A stretch of DNA of 64,000 nt from Paramecium tetraurelia (taxonomy: Eukaryota), in contig CT868015.1 in NCBI GenBank assembly GCA_000165425.1, positions 124,001 through 188,000 on the forward strand, given 5' to 3'. The notes beneath the pieces were generated by a model that was given only the letters and a program-made list of their open reading frames with translations, did no database searches and had not been told where the DNA came from. The position numbers were made by a program, and so were the translations under genes. Of the stretch, positions 1 to 14,046 are shown in pieces (within the stretch, counting starts at the first letter, position 1; each line of letters starts with the position of its first letter).

Positions 1-209
1 TCCAGGTTTTCCCAATCTCAGGAACTCCCGAATTTTCTCTGGGTCTAACGATTATCCTTTAGGAATATTTTGAGTTGGCTTATAATTGATAACCTTGTAA
101 ATTTATGACCACGCCTCAGGATCGTTTCTATCTAAGATTTTACTAGAATGGGATTACATTTATCCAATAAATTAGCAAAATCTTGCATCACTTATTCAGG
201 TTTCTGCAT
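1..209 (-). CDS. 5' part of a hypothetical protein (runs off window start)
   Basis: ATG at 209, one 26-nt GT..AG intron, open reading MQKPEQVMQDFANLLDKYRNDPEAWSQIYKVINYKPTQNIPKGQSLDPEKIREFLRLGKPG in the ciliate code. Confidence 0.6.
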
Positions 210-254
210 TTTAATTTTTAAATTATTAATATTTTATACTGATTATACTCACAC

Positions 255-1344
255 TCATTTAATTCTCACAGCATCTATTTGAATTAAGGTTGGTATTAAA
301 GACAGTAATTGCATTTTGTAATCAGGGAATTATGCTACAGGATTTTATTCGACATAGATAGTTTTGATATTTGGATTGAGTTTCAATTATTCAAAGTCTT
401 TAAAATATTCAATTTTATTATTATTTAACTATTATTATTATTTTATATAATACCCATAAATCTTATAGTTGTTATAATTAGTCTATTCCTTAAACTTTAG
501 TAATCTTATTATGAGCTAGATCCAACAATTCCAATTATTTTAAGGGATTCAAATTTTCAATAGTTGCTATGAAATTTTCAGCTATTTAAAGGTAATTCAA
601 GTTTTATAGACATTGTATTTCAGGTTGTATTATCTAAATTTTGTTGCAAGATAAGGATAATAATTCCAATGTATTAGCTAAAGGTTCAAGATTTTTGATA
701 ATCTAGATTTTATTTTTACCTAAAAACAATTCTCTTAGGTTAGGTAATCTATCCAGATTTTCAATTTCCGCAATTTTATTGGATCCAAGTTCCAACATTG
801 TAAGTTCAGGAAAATCTAAATTTTGGATCTTGGAATAATGGTAATGATTACCTTTTTGATTTTGTTACTTAATAAAAATAGTTTCTTGAGTTTCTTTTGG
901 TTTTCTAAATTTTCTATTTTTTTGATATTGTTGAATGACAGATCAAGGATTTCTAAATTGACTAGCAATTCAATATTCTCTATCTTAATCAAACGATTGT
1001 CATATAAATCTAATTCTTCAAGTAACACACAATTTTAGAGACCTTCCAATTTGGAAATTAAATTTGTTCTTAAACATAATCGTTTTAGATTCACACATTT
1101 ATCCAGAGCTTGTATATTTGGGATTCTGCCTTCAATGCAGCTGATATCCTTGAATGAAATTATTAGTTACTTCATCTTCTTGATTGATTTCAAAAGGAGG
1201 CTGTCCCAGATATTTATACTAGATTTTTTGCTTCTCTTATTCAAAAGGTTGAACAACTACTTTCTTCTCGACTTGCTTTTAATTCTCAGCACCTTGGTTG
1301 TCTTGTTGTTGTGGTTGATTGTCGGCCTCTTAATTTTAATTCAT
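255..1344 (-). CDS. SDS22: Sds22/PPP1R7-like leucine-rich repeat protein (PP1 regulatory subunit)
   Basis: Tandem SDS22-type LRRs (LEELDLYDNRLIKIENIELLVNLEILDLSFNNIKKIENL), C-terminal cap ending LIQIDAVRIK-TGA; small introns. Confidence 0.85.
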
Positions 1345-1510
1345 TTTGATAATGTTAAAAATAAATTTCTTTTATAAATAATAAGGATATATTTAGAGTT
1401 CAGTTGAGCTGTTGATTTTCATAAATATTAATAAGATCAAATAAAATAATAATAAATAAAAATGAATTTGTTATGGATTTTAAAATATTATTAATTTACA
1501 AATAAGAGAG

Positions 1511-3514
1511 ATGAAACATACCAAAGAATATTAAATCAGCAAAGAAAATTTGAAGATAATTCGATAATCTGAATTGATTCAAAACACTGTGGTTTGGACC
1601 AACAAAAATTTGTTCCTTCGTTATTGCCAATCCTAGAACTACTATTACATCAGAGACGTAAACGAAATTCTTGCCGATGCTTCATCAAAAGCTGTAATTC
1701 GCTACAAGGATTGGCATGGATATGACGATGATGTAAGTTTTTCAATCATTCTAAGGATGAATATCTCAAAAGGTATTATTACACTGATGAATATCCATAG
1801 AAGGTCCACTTGTTAACTGAATACTATAAAGTAAAATTAACCATCTAAAAGAGTTTCATACAGATATAGCCAGATTATACATGGAACCAATTGCCACCTT
1901 GCTCAATAAATACTTCGATAAGAAACGCAAATACGAGTACTACAGGATCGCTCATTTGATCGAAGAGGAAAATAAAAAAAATCCCAATCGACCTCCCAAA
2001 GGCATTGTAGGGGAACGACCCTCTCCTGCTAACTCCCAAGAAACCTAAAAGGAGGAAGAATCTCCTACAACAGCAAGAAGAATCAGAAACATTGAAATTT
2101 TGAAAGACCTGAGTTGGTTAAATAAGTCAAGATTATTTAATAAATAGAAAATTGATATCTCCTGCACTCTACAAGATATTTGCAAACATCTGGGGAACTA
2201 AGCCTTCGAACAATCTTCACTCTTCATATAGACAGGGAAAACAGAAGAGCTGAAATTAAATAAGTTTCTAGCATATGTGAATCAGTAAGTCAAGAAAACC
2301 TCAAATAAAATTGATTCTCAACATCTTAAGCCTAATAAGAAATTGAGTCAACCTCAGGAATAGTTAATTTAAACTTTAATTCAAAAACAATAAGAAGAAT
2401 CAAAATCAAGGTTAGGCTCTTAACATTCTAAATAAAACACTGAGTTATTACTTTAGATGAATAAACTATCCAAAGATTTCAATCTTAATTTTGTCAGAAA
2501 TCAAGTCGATTCCTTATTCAAAAACAATCAGAGCAAGGAAAATCCACAAAGTCTTACGAGAATCAATCAGAATGAATAGATTAAATAATCTGCCAATCCT
2601 AAATCTAAAACCATTATTTAACACTAACCTAAGATATCTACCCAACTTTTTCTTAAAGAACTTAAGAAAAATGTACAATCTATTCCTTAATTACTCAGTA
2701 AATATAATACATCTAATATACCATCACCTACAACTAGTTCTCATAATAGGGTGGCTGCATCCAATTAGCCCAATATAGGTATTGAATTTGATTAGTATTT
2801 TAGGCAAATTAAACTTAAAATAGATATCTAAGATATAGATTGAGGAAGACCCTACTGAACAAGAAGTGAAATTGAAATGTGGATCTCAAACACATAGACC
2901 TCATTCAGGAACTCAAAATTTCTTTTCCAATAGAAATAGTCCCACTATTTCAAGAGCTGCATAAAATGATCTGAAAATCAATAAAATCAAATAAGCTCCT
3001 ACTACATCATTATAATAGGTAAATCCAAATCCAAAAGCAAATAAATAATCAGGATCTTCAACCAATCGAAAATCTTCTCAACCTAATATTCATATTCGTT
3101 ATACATCCAATCAGGATAAAGTAATTAATATAAACATTAACATTAATGATAATCCAGAACTATAAAAATGTATTTGTTACTAAATATTCATTAGAATAAT
3201 AGTAAAAGCATAAGAAAAATCAATATGAAGGAAAACCTCTCTAGTTAAATACTAATCTGCCTGATACTTAATAGGAGTATGTCTGCTTAACAGACAGAGG
3301 AGGAGCTAGTGAATTTCTATTCAAAAATAGTATTGCTGCTTCATGTCAAAACTCTCCAAAGACTTAAAAGATAAAACGAATCAACAGTGGAACAACAACT
3401 CTGAAATGTTCAATGAGTACTAAAAACTCTTTAATCCAATAAATGATATCTTAAGTAAGCAAATAATAGTAAAAATAAGAGGTTCTTTCATCTTAATTTA
3501 GAAAACCTAATTGA
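1511..3514 (+). CDS. Uncharacterised ciliate protein: conserved N-terminal domain plus Q/S/N-rich tail; paralog of 60560..62134
   Basis: QSQNYYYIRDVNEIL...LTEYYK|FHTDIARLY...EYYRIAHLIEEENKKNPNRPPKGIVG; 23-25 nt introns; TGA at 3512-3514. Confidence 0.75.
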
Positions 3515-3542
3515 AAATTATCATTAAATTATCAAATTTAAT

Positions 3543-5175
3543 ATGTAAAATAATGATCTCTCAAACTCTCTTTACTATTCCAATCGGTCTTAATTTAAAT
3601 AAAGCATTTATCGTGGATATTTTATGCTAAAGAATACAAATATTAGTGTCCTTGAAACCAGGAATAAATTAAAATATGAAACCAATCGAACAGAACTCAA
3701 TGAATCTTTCTTCATTTCTAACTCCTTATAATAATTTCCAAGTAAAAAAGTTGAAATTTATGATAATGTGTCATGCCTTGAAGATTCATAAGAATAAAAA
3801 GTTCTTAAAAAACCTCTCAAAGGACATCAATGCATATCCAATTAAAAACCATCATAAAAACTTTAATAAATACTACCATAACTATCCTCCACCCAATAGG
3901 TCGTTAGTTTGAAATTAAAGAGTCGTTAATAGAAGGTCAAGCCAATAGTTAAATAATAAAAGAATCATGAATGTGTTATTTAATTGAGATACTTGAACAA
4001 GCAATTTGAAGAATTGTAAAAAGGGTTAATTTTAAAATGCCTTTACATCAATACAAATGATCGTGATTAATCTATTGATAAGATAGTAATAATGAATTTT
4101 GAAAGTATTTTATAACCATTACTAAAGACCTTTTGATACAATAAAGAAAAAACTTTTGGGATTTCAGAACTGAGATGAAAATTTGTCCTTCCTTTCTAAG
4201 AGGCAGTATCGTTGAGTAATGTGAAAGCCCATATTGTCCATGCGCATTAAGAAATGATTTAAAAAACACTCTAAAAATGTAAACTAATTATTTTAATTTA
4301 AAAGATTGTCTAAAACTTACCTGATTATTTTTATATTTAGTAGCTAAGCCTTTGCTCAAGTATGGTAAAAATATTTATTTTGTAATGGATTTTTTATTGA
4401 TGCCATATACATTAGTAAAAATCAAACTTAACCTTAGTAATAACTTGGAGGGATAAAGCTGAATCAAATACTTAGAGATTTCAGTAGGTTTAATATTGCT
4501 AAAGTTCTTCAGTTTGATTCAGTAGACATGACAAACACTTTTCCTATTATTTCAGCTGAATAATTTCAAAACAAATTGCCAATACTAGGTTCTAGTGTTG
4601 ACACAATCTTATTTATATTCTAATAACTCTAAAATCCTAAATAGTTTGATTCGAAACTCATTTGTGACATTTGTGTATCTTTCTCAAAAGAGAATAATTA
4701 TCGGTATATCACCAGCAGAAAATCAGTTACCATAATCCCTATAGATATAACTTATGCCTACAAATATTACTAATTTAAGGAGAAGATCTCATAAGATAAA
4801 TTGTAGACTGTTAATAAATTAAACTTCGTTTAAGAATAATTATAATCGAATATTGATTCCTTTGACTTAAGTCTTATTGAAGAAGAAGAAGACTCATAAT
4901 GTAGATGGGTCGATTCTATGACTAGTAAAATGTTAGAATAAATAAAAAGAGACAAATTCAAGGAAAAGACGCATCCACTTCATTATGTAATTGGTGATCT
5001 CTTAGCAAGGAATCACAAATTCAAAAAAATATATTTTAATTATCCTGAGTAATAATTAATTAAAAAATAATAATTGATTAATAAAAAGATAACTAGATTG
5101 AATTCCGAGATTATTGTCCAATAAAATAAATTGAAAAATTAGTTGTGCATTAATTGTTTTTTATGTATTGAATGA
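3543..5175 (+). CDS. Hypothetical protein
   Basis: Long TGA-free frame after removing two small GT..AG introns; no recognised domain. Confidence 0.6.
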
Positions 5176-5250
5176 ATTATTTTTATTCTTAAAAGTATGT
5201 AATAGATTTAGAAATCAGTTTGTACTAATTTTAATGTTAATTATATAATT

Positions 5251-6048
5251 ATGAAATTACTGATATACGAAGATTGGAAAAATTCTGCTTCATCAAGGGA
5301 TAATTTCACATTCCAATAAGAAGTAAAAATACAATCAGAGTGTTATCAAATTGCTCGTGACTTTGAAATTTTACTAAAAAATAGCGAATAAAGCACTTTC
5401 AATCAATACTTTCAAAAAGCACTCTCTATCTTCCACAGATTTGCTCATTAAGTTTCTTATAGGAAATTCAATAGACATATTTATATGGCAGCTTGTTTAT
5501 TTCTATCAGCCAAAGACAATGACATGTTTGATTGGTCTGTTAAGAGATATGCAAGTGCATTCATTAATAATTGCATTTAAAAGAAGGCACTAGATATAGA
5601 TGGTTTGAAGATTGAGGTTGACGACCTAAACAATAGAACAATCTCAGAAAAATTAATCTCTGAAAAAATAATAGATGCAGAGTCTCATATTTTATAGATG
5701 ATAGGATATGACTTACACATCATAGTTCCTTAGGTATACTTCCAGGAAGCTAAAACCAAATTAGTTGCAGCTCAAGGAGACATTTAATAGCTGTTTGAAT
5801 TCGCTTAGAAGTTCCTATCAGACTTATTCCTTAATAATGCATGTCTATACTATGAACCAAAAATAATTACTCTTTGTGCAATTACCATGGCTAGCAAATT
5901 ATTAAAAATAACAATAGCAGATTTACCTAGTGGGGAACCTTGGCACTCCTTATTTGATCAAAACTTAGAAGTTAATGCACAGACTCAAAAGGAAATATTA
6001 GAAATGACCAATTATTTCGATTAGTGCATATAAATTCTAAAAAGCTGA
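5251..6048 (+). CDS. Transcription-type cyclin (cyclin T/K/L family)
   Basis: Cyclin-box motifs FHRF...MAACLFLSAK, ESHILQMIGYDLHI-x-P, CLYYEPKIITLCAI, PWHSLF; an in-frame upstream ATG near 5197 is an alternative start. Confidence 0.85.
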
Positions 6049-6468
6049 TAAAAGAATGTGAATATTTTCAGCAATTATTTAACATCAAAAATTCTTATCA
6101 AGCTCCTATTTTTATCATATATTGTATACTATTTTTTAATTTCTTGACTTTTCTTTGTAAATATAAATCGATTAGATCCTATTGAGATCACTTCTATAAT
6201 TAATATTACTATGACTTTATAATATAGTTTGACCACTTTAAGCACTTAAAAACCAGTGTTAACAACTTTGATTGTGATAAAACTAATTAAACAAAAATAA
6301 CATTCTGAAATCGAATTGCCACATTACTCAATTCACTGAATCACTATATATCTACTAGATATATAAATTAATTTAATATAAGATTAAATAATCAATACAT
6401 ATTGTAGATTCTAGAGGGTTGTTTCTAAGTAAATCTAAGAAAATTTATAAATATCATTATTTGAGGGA

Positions 6469-6981
6469 TCAAGTACCATATTTTGATAAAAGATAGAGAG
6501 TTTAAGAAGCAATAGTCAAGGTTTCAGTTTTCTTGTATTATATTTTCTTTGTCAATTGCGTACACATTTCATAAGGGTCAGGTGATTTTTTGCGTTTTAC
6601 GTAACCATTTAATTTTCTTCGAGTTACTAGGCTAGAGCCTAAATATACTTTCTTTAATGGGCTATTTGATCGCGATGACTTTGGTGTGGTTTTTTAACTA
6701 GTAATTTGAGAATGGATTGTGATATTATTGTCAAGGTAATCCATTTTATGTTATACTCTGAAGTTTGGACTTGGAATATTTAAGTCAATAACAATATTAT
6801 TAACGGTGCCTTCATGCTAAGTTGAAATCCTCAATCTTTTGAATTTGTTAGGAGAATTTTAGTATTCTTGCTAGAAGTAGTTTGGCTTTAATTTGATCCC
6901 ATTAAGAGGTTGTTGTAAAATTTCAAGGAATTTTGATGGAGGTTCCTTGAAATAAGAAAATTATAGTGCTTAATCAAGCAT
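6469..6981 (-). CDS. Hypothetical basic protein (~170 aa)
   Basis: Open frame MLDQALQFSYFKEPPSKFLEILQQP...SPLKKVYLG...KYGT-TGA. Confidence 0.55.
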
Positions 6982-7598
6982 ATAAAAATTTTAATAAGCT
7001 TCGAATTAAATAGAACTTCTAATGTTTTATTAAAATCATCTGAAAACTTATCAAATGACGAATTACAGAGTCTGGGATCCCTTATTTTGATGACAACTGC
7101 AACTTCAATGAAGAAAACTCATAAAAAAAATTATAGAGACATTTGAAGAGGATCATTGTTATGAATGAGTATATAGAATCATAAGATGGTGATGTTATAT
7201 TAATTTATTATTGATATAACAGAAGTTTAAGGTATTTTATATATTTTTTAGTTTATGTTTGAAAAGAAGATAAGGGTAATTATTTTGTTATGGAATATAT
7301 TAGAAAGCTATTATTAAGGGAATGAGATTAAGAAAGAAATAAATTGGAAATGGAATTTGGAAGTGATTAAATGATCAAAATGCATTTATAATAGTGTTTG
7401 AATATCGTAAATGATATTTCTTGAGTTGATTCTGGCTGGGTTATTTATGATGATAAGTGCAAGGAGTTTTTGGGAAGATTGATTAAAAACACACCAATAG
7501 GAAAGTAGCTGTTAATATAAAGTAATTAGATTAATAAATATTTGGAGGCATTTATATAATTAAATTTAGAAATTGAATTTGAATTTCATAGTTAAGAA

Positions 7599-10571
7599 AT
7601 GTCATAACAAATGCAATAAATGTTCAAATAACAATAAGCTTAATAATTTTTAGCACAATAATTTTCTAGCAAACCTGATAAGATCAAGCTTTCAAATTTG
7701 ATTCCTACACAGATCAATGAGAACTTTTTTAACAAAAAAACTAATGAAGTTATGGACAAGAAACCTTCATCGCCAAGATCCAGCAATTAAGCAACTAAAC
7801 CATCTTAAAAACCATCTCAACAAATTGCCATTCATAAATCCAATATGTCCTTGCAAAATAAAAGTCTGATTGTAAATGAGTAATTCCAAGAAAAATTGAA
7901 TTAATTTAGCAAGAGGAGAGATCATTCCCCTAATTCCCAATAAAGCAACTATAAAAAAAATGAAGAATTCCTCCAAAGAAGACCTTCTTCTCTTGTGAAT
8001 GAAGAATATTCAGCAACTCCTTAAATTAACAGATTTATAGCTAAATCACCAACACCATCTGAAATATAAGAAAGCGTCGCATCTCTACTTTAAAATCATT
8101 AAAGTAATTAATCCTTATGTAAATTTCAAGCCATTTCATCACCAAAAGGTTCAAATTCTTAAAAACCAAAGACAAATCCATTGTAACTAGGTCCTTACTT
8201 GTCTATCCAGTAATAACAATAGAAATCAAGCCACAAAGGGAAAGGCCATAGTTCAGCCAATTCAGTCTCCTATAATTTGAAACCAAATATTCTAAAGAAA
8301 TGCGATTACGGCATGAATCACACTCCGACAAAGGTTACAACTACAACACTAAATACAGAACATAGTAAGAGTAAATCAGTTTTGGATGAACAATGCATCA
8401 GAATGATATATTATGATAGAGAGAAAGAGAATGATGTGAATTTATTGAATATAGGTACTCCAAGTACTTATTTGCATTCTAAAGTATCGATTGAATAATA
8501 AAGTGTAAGAGTATCAACTAATAATAGGTTGGTGAAAGTTTGAATAGTAAATTCCATCATGCCAAAATTTTAAGTTAATAATCACCATATTAGAATACTA
8601 GTGGATCAAATGATCATCTACAGGAATCGTTTCCAGTCAGAACATGCATTAATCATAGAACTAAAAAGGCTAAGTACTTTGTGGATGAACATTAAAAACA
8701 GACTTTCTATTGTTCATAATGTGCTATTACAGTTGCTAGTTAAGGTAAAATTGTACAGGATTTAAGTCAATTGATTATCAAATCTTAGGAATCTTAAATC
8801 CTCTCATTTTAATCAAGCTCAGTTGATTCCAATAGACATTCAAACTTTTCAGATGCTAATTTTAAGGAAAGAGAATTAAGTGGTTTCTTAACCAAATTGG
8901 AATGTACCCATTCTCAAAGAGCTGATATTTTAAATTAGATGCAGAGTCAAATTGAAAAAATTAATTAATGGTATGAATCTCAAATTGGACAATGTCAAAA
9001 GTCAAAACAAGTGATGTAATAATTAATGAACGATGCATGCAACAACAGTATCCAAATACTTTAAAATCAAAGATAAGAATCTTTAAAATAGTTGTCTAAC
9101 CTATACTTTGTTCTACAATAGCACCAATTGGATGCCTAGAATATCAAATAGGATATTGAAAAGAACTGGACTGAAGTATTAGAAGATATAAGAATGGATC
9201 CTTTCAGGAAAATCATGGATTATTATTAGTCTGAATTTGTTAAAATGAATGATTTCCAAACCTAATTACTATCATCAACTATTTCTGTTAAGTCTTTATC
9301 CAAAACTGACATTCAATCCACTTTAGCTTTGATTATTTAGAAGTATTGATTATATTATTATGTTAGCTTTTAATTGAGTGAATCAGAATAACAACTAATT
9401 TTACATAGCAATTCAATATTCAATCAATAAATTAGAACCCAACCCACTCCTCCAAAAAAAAGAATTGATACTGTTGATTCCTAAATCCATTAATCAAATT
9501 AATAATAGAGAGTTAAAACTGATTACAGTGGATCCAAAACTTAACCATAGAATAGCGAAACTCCATCTAATTTTTACTAATATTTTAATGATGCAAATAT
9601 TTATTAGCTAAGTGCATCCAAATTGTAATCATAACAATCACAATAAAATCCAAATAAAAATAATCTTTATATTTCATTTGAAAACAAAGACATTTTTATG
9701 AATATTTTAGAATCTGAAAAGAATTCAAAACAAAGCCTTCACGAAGACAAACAATCTGTTACATCCAATCCAATTATGATTTTAGAAAGTTATAGAGAAT
9801 CCAAGAAAAATATATCTGAAGATGATGGATAATTAAGTGAACATGAATCACACAAATCTACTCCCCATAGTCCTGCAAGTGGATAAACCAAATAATCAGT
9901 CTAAAGAACAGCCACTAAATTAGAAGAGCATACTTAAATACCAAAAGATGCCTTTTAAAAATAAAAAAGCACTTTCAGAACTCTTTTTGATAACACTGAA
10001 GATTAATAAAATAGCGAAGTCTTTTAAAATGATTCAAGCGTAAGTCCTGCTAAAAGTGAGAAATTCAGATCCATTTTAAACAAAATCTCGAATAATCAAT
10101 CCAAAACATAATAGTAACTAATCATATTTATTCTTTATTAGATTTTACCAACAAATGATTTAATCAAGTCAGAAATTTATATTAGAAACACCTGATATTA
10201 AAAAATATGAGCTTTAAGGAGTCTAATGTTTATAATATCTACAGGATACTGAAACATGCAAAAAAGCTATTTTATCCAATAAATAATCTTAATTGATGGA
10301 CTCTGTTCAATAAATGAATCTGTGTGATGATCAATAAGATCCAAGTGAATTTGAAAATGATGAAGATAAGGAAGTGCAATAAATGTTTAGTTCTAAAGAA
10401 ATGAAGCATTTCAGTGATCAAAAGCAAATGACATACCCTAGTGAATCAAGCCAAAACAATAGCCACTTAGAAATAAGAAAAGATTAATATCAAAAAACTC
10501 TGTTTTGTTCCCCACAATTCAAAGATTAAGACATTTTGAATATATCTGATAGCAGTGGAGATTCAAATTGA
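7599..10571 (+). CDS. Large low-complexity S/Q/N-rich protein with central coiled-coil
   Basis: About 3 kb coding-like stretch starting MSQQMQQMFKQQQ and ending SSGDSN-TGA; internal introns not fully resolved. Confidence 0.65.
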
Positions 10572-11461
10572 TTTTTTTAATTAAATATTAATCAATTTAT
10601 TTTAGATCTAAATTATTGCATGTTTAGATTAAAATCAAAATTTATCAATGAATATATTTTAGTTTTCATAATTATGTTTAATTGTTTTCACTGGATCATA
10701 AATCTTTGAAATTATTGAATTAATAATCAATTAGGATAGAATATTATAATATCAAAAGGATAATTATATAAGAAAGAACTATGTAATAATAATCTGAATT
10801 TCAAAATAAATATAAGATTTATAATTTCAAATATATCATTTCAATTTTATAAGATTCAAAGGAGAAAATAAGCTATCATATTTATATCATTGAAGCATGT
10901 TGTTTGAAATCAGCATTCATAAAAATTGAAACTTAAGAAAATCAATACAATTGAATGATTTTATAAATTATGAATTAGATATACAATAAGAAACTCGATT
11001 AATAAAGAATTCAACTAATAAAATTGCATTCTATATAGAGTGTCATATAATTTACAATATAAAAAGTAAAAGATTATACTACGTTAGTAATAGGTTGTTA
11101 AATTGAATTATAAAATCAAAATAAGCTAAAAAGACTAATTTTTAAAATAAATCAAAAAATTATAATTTATTGTTATAATTGGTAGCTTATATGATTAATT
11201 GAATATCAAATAATTATGTTTAATAGTATAAAGACCAAATGAAAAGATAAAATAAAATTTAGATTGCTATCCCCATTAAAATTAAATGAATGCACAAACT
11301 CCTCTTTTCTATTAAATGATTATATAATTTCTTCCGTGTTTCAAGTTCCTTATAGGTATTAGAATATGAAATGAATTAAATTTAGAGAATTCATTGAACC
11401 AATAAAATAATGATTATTTTGGATTTTCAAAAATGATTAAATTTTATTAAAAAAATAATAA

Positions 11462-11813
11462 ATGGTGAACGTCCCCAAAAACAGAAAGACCTATTGCAGA
11501 AAATGTGGAAGTCATTAAAGTTGCAAAGTGTCCCAATACAAAAAGAGCAAGGAAAGTCCTTTTGCTTAAGGCAGAAGAAGGTACGACATGAAGCAAGCTG
11601 GTTATGGTGGACAAACAAAGCCCATCTTCAGAAAGAAGGCAAAGACAACAAAGAAAGTTGCCTTAAAGTATGACATTTGTTAATCGTTTTAGACTTGAAT
11701 GTGTTAAGTGTAAATTGAAGTGGTTAAAGGTCATCAAGAGATGCAAGACTATAGTATTTGTTGATGCCAATCAACTCAAAAAATAATAAGAAGCAAAGAA
11801 AAATGCCAAATGA
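11462..11813 (+). CDS. RPL36A: 60S ribosomal protein L36a/L44 (eL42)
   Basis: [15 protein letters not shown]...[28 protein letters not shown]; 25-nt intron 11668-11692. Confidence 0.97.
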
Positions 11814-12042
11814 GATTTACAATAGTATAAGATACATTAAGTATTTAATAATCATAAACATATTCTTTGAAATCTCGAGAATCGAGTATCTATATTCTTT
11901 TTTGTTATTCTAAACACCAACCTCTAAAGAGAATTAATCCGATTTAGAAGTGAATTTCCCTGAATTGAATAGGAGCCATATAAAAATATTCAAAAATATT
12001 TTGTGTCTGCATTATATATTTCTATATAAATTTTATAAAATA

Positions 12043-12846
12043 ATGAAAATATCGGATAAATTAAAGAGTTCTTTGGAGCAATGTGTTTCCGAATAGTATT
12101 AAAGTCTATACGACATACTGTCTTCATAATAAGGAGTTGATTAGTTTTAATACTTAGTGAAAGGATTTCAAGAGTAAATAACAATTCGAATGCTAGAAAA
12201 TCTTCTGAAGATTACATGAAAACAGTTCCTACTCCTATAAATAGATAAGTGAGATCATCATAATCGAAGAGTTAATTCTAATAGTTTCCTATTCAAAAAT
12301 CAATTTTTGAGGATCCTGGCTTAGTTTAATTGACATATTTTCAATTTGCTAATGTGATGGATGAATTTTTTTTAGAAATCAACGAAACTTAGATCATAGA
12401 ATGGTTCTAGCTTTTACAAATAAATGAGAAAGTCTAAATAAGAGATTTTTATATAATAGTTCTGATGTTTTTGAGTAGAGACAGCAAACAATAGTTTGAT
12501 TATTTATATCAATACGGGGAATACTTATTTGAATGTTTGAAACAAACAAATAATAAAATTTTGGGGTTGACATTAAAAATATTTGTTAAGGTATATTACA
12601 TTTAATATAATTCCTAAGTTATGTGGAATGTAGGCTCGACAATCCTAGAAGTTATTTGCTGAATTGAAAATGAAATAAAATGAAGAATACAATTTCGAAG
12701 ATTTTGAAGTCTTTTGTTTCGCATTCATGAATCCTGAAAGTCTTTAAGGATAAGGTTGTTAATAGAAGTTTATCAAATAAACTCATTAAAGCAAACATGA
12801 TTTTAATCAGCATCAAATTATTAAACCAAAAATTGATAAAAAATGA
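12043..12846 (+). CDS. EF-hand-related protein, EFCAB9-like
   Basis: Two introns (23 and 28 nt) give an open frame with DFYIIVLMFLSRDSKQQFDYLYQYGEYLFECL...YNFEDFEVF, resembling EFCAB9 as recalled. Confidence 0.55.
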
Positions 12847-12949
12847 TATTATTTTATATCGATAAAAAGCTCTAATTTGAAGATAATAATTCTATCATAC
12901 ATTATTAAATCAATATTCTAAATAATATTATTAATTGATAATTACTAAT

Positions 12950-13900
12950 ATAACTCAAAACTATTCTTCAATAGCAGATAAAATTATCTCGGAATGCTCT
13001 TTTTACACAATTTTGGCTAAGATATAGAAATCGATTCCATTTCTTCCTGTTGCCATACACGTCCTTTAAATACAATTTACTTAATACCTATTTCCTTGAC
13101 TATAATCGTGTTATTTTTGCTTCAATTTGATTGGTTCAGTCTTTTAATTTTACTAATTAGAATTGATTTGCTATATTGATCCCTGAGCTTAAGTATTTTG
13201 TTATTGATTGTTCATAATTAATTTTAATGATCCAAACTTTCAAGTTCAAGTCAAATATACATAAAAATTCAAAAGAAATTATCAGATTTTGTTTAATTAA
13301 AACTATATTAGAAGTTAATGAACATGAAACTAAAAAATCATCATTTTTTGATCAATTAAATTTGAAAGTCTTGATTATTTCATTGCTTCTCTATGCTTCC
13401 TCAAAATCTTTTTATGAATCTTATTAGATTGATTTTCATTTATTTTTCATATGGAACTCTATCTTTCTTGACAAGACTTCTAACAAAACCTTTTTATAAA
13501 TTTCTCTAGCAAATCTCCAACAATTATAAGCATAACCACTATTAACCCAATTATTATTAAAAACTATTTCTACTGATGCAAGAATTTCACCAAAAATTGA
13601 CTTATTCAAAACAATGTAAATTCATAGATGAAATTATATCCATAAGTACCCAAAGATTTTGGAGATGCTTTCCATTAAAATCTATGCTCAGGTATAATTA
13701 TTAATTAGAAAGAGCTAGGACCCTTGTTTATTACTAGTTCATTCAAAAATTGATTATTCATTCCTAATATTCGACTATCTGTTAAAGCCTTTTGAAATTT
13801 CTAGTGATCTGCTGCATAAAATTAAACTACCGATACAAAATCTGACTCCAAAATTAAATGAGAGTAGTGCATTTGTTCAAATTCTTTATAGCATATGTAT
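12950..13900 (-). pseudogene. Possible decayed gene (frame-switching coding-like remnants)
   Basis: Coding-like segments on the minus strand are broken by TGA stops and frame changes that no 20-30 nt GT..AG intron repairs. Confidence 0.3.
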
Positions 13901-14046
13901 TTTGAAACAATGAGTATGAACAACAACAAAATATATTAGAATGAACTTATTTATTATAAATAATAAAACAATATGCGGAATAAAGTGTTTACGTATGAAT
14001 TGGATATATATTAAATTTTATTTAATTGTCATTATATTTATCAATT

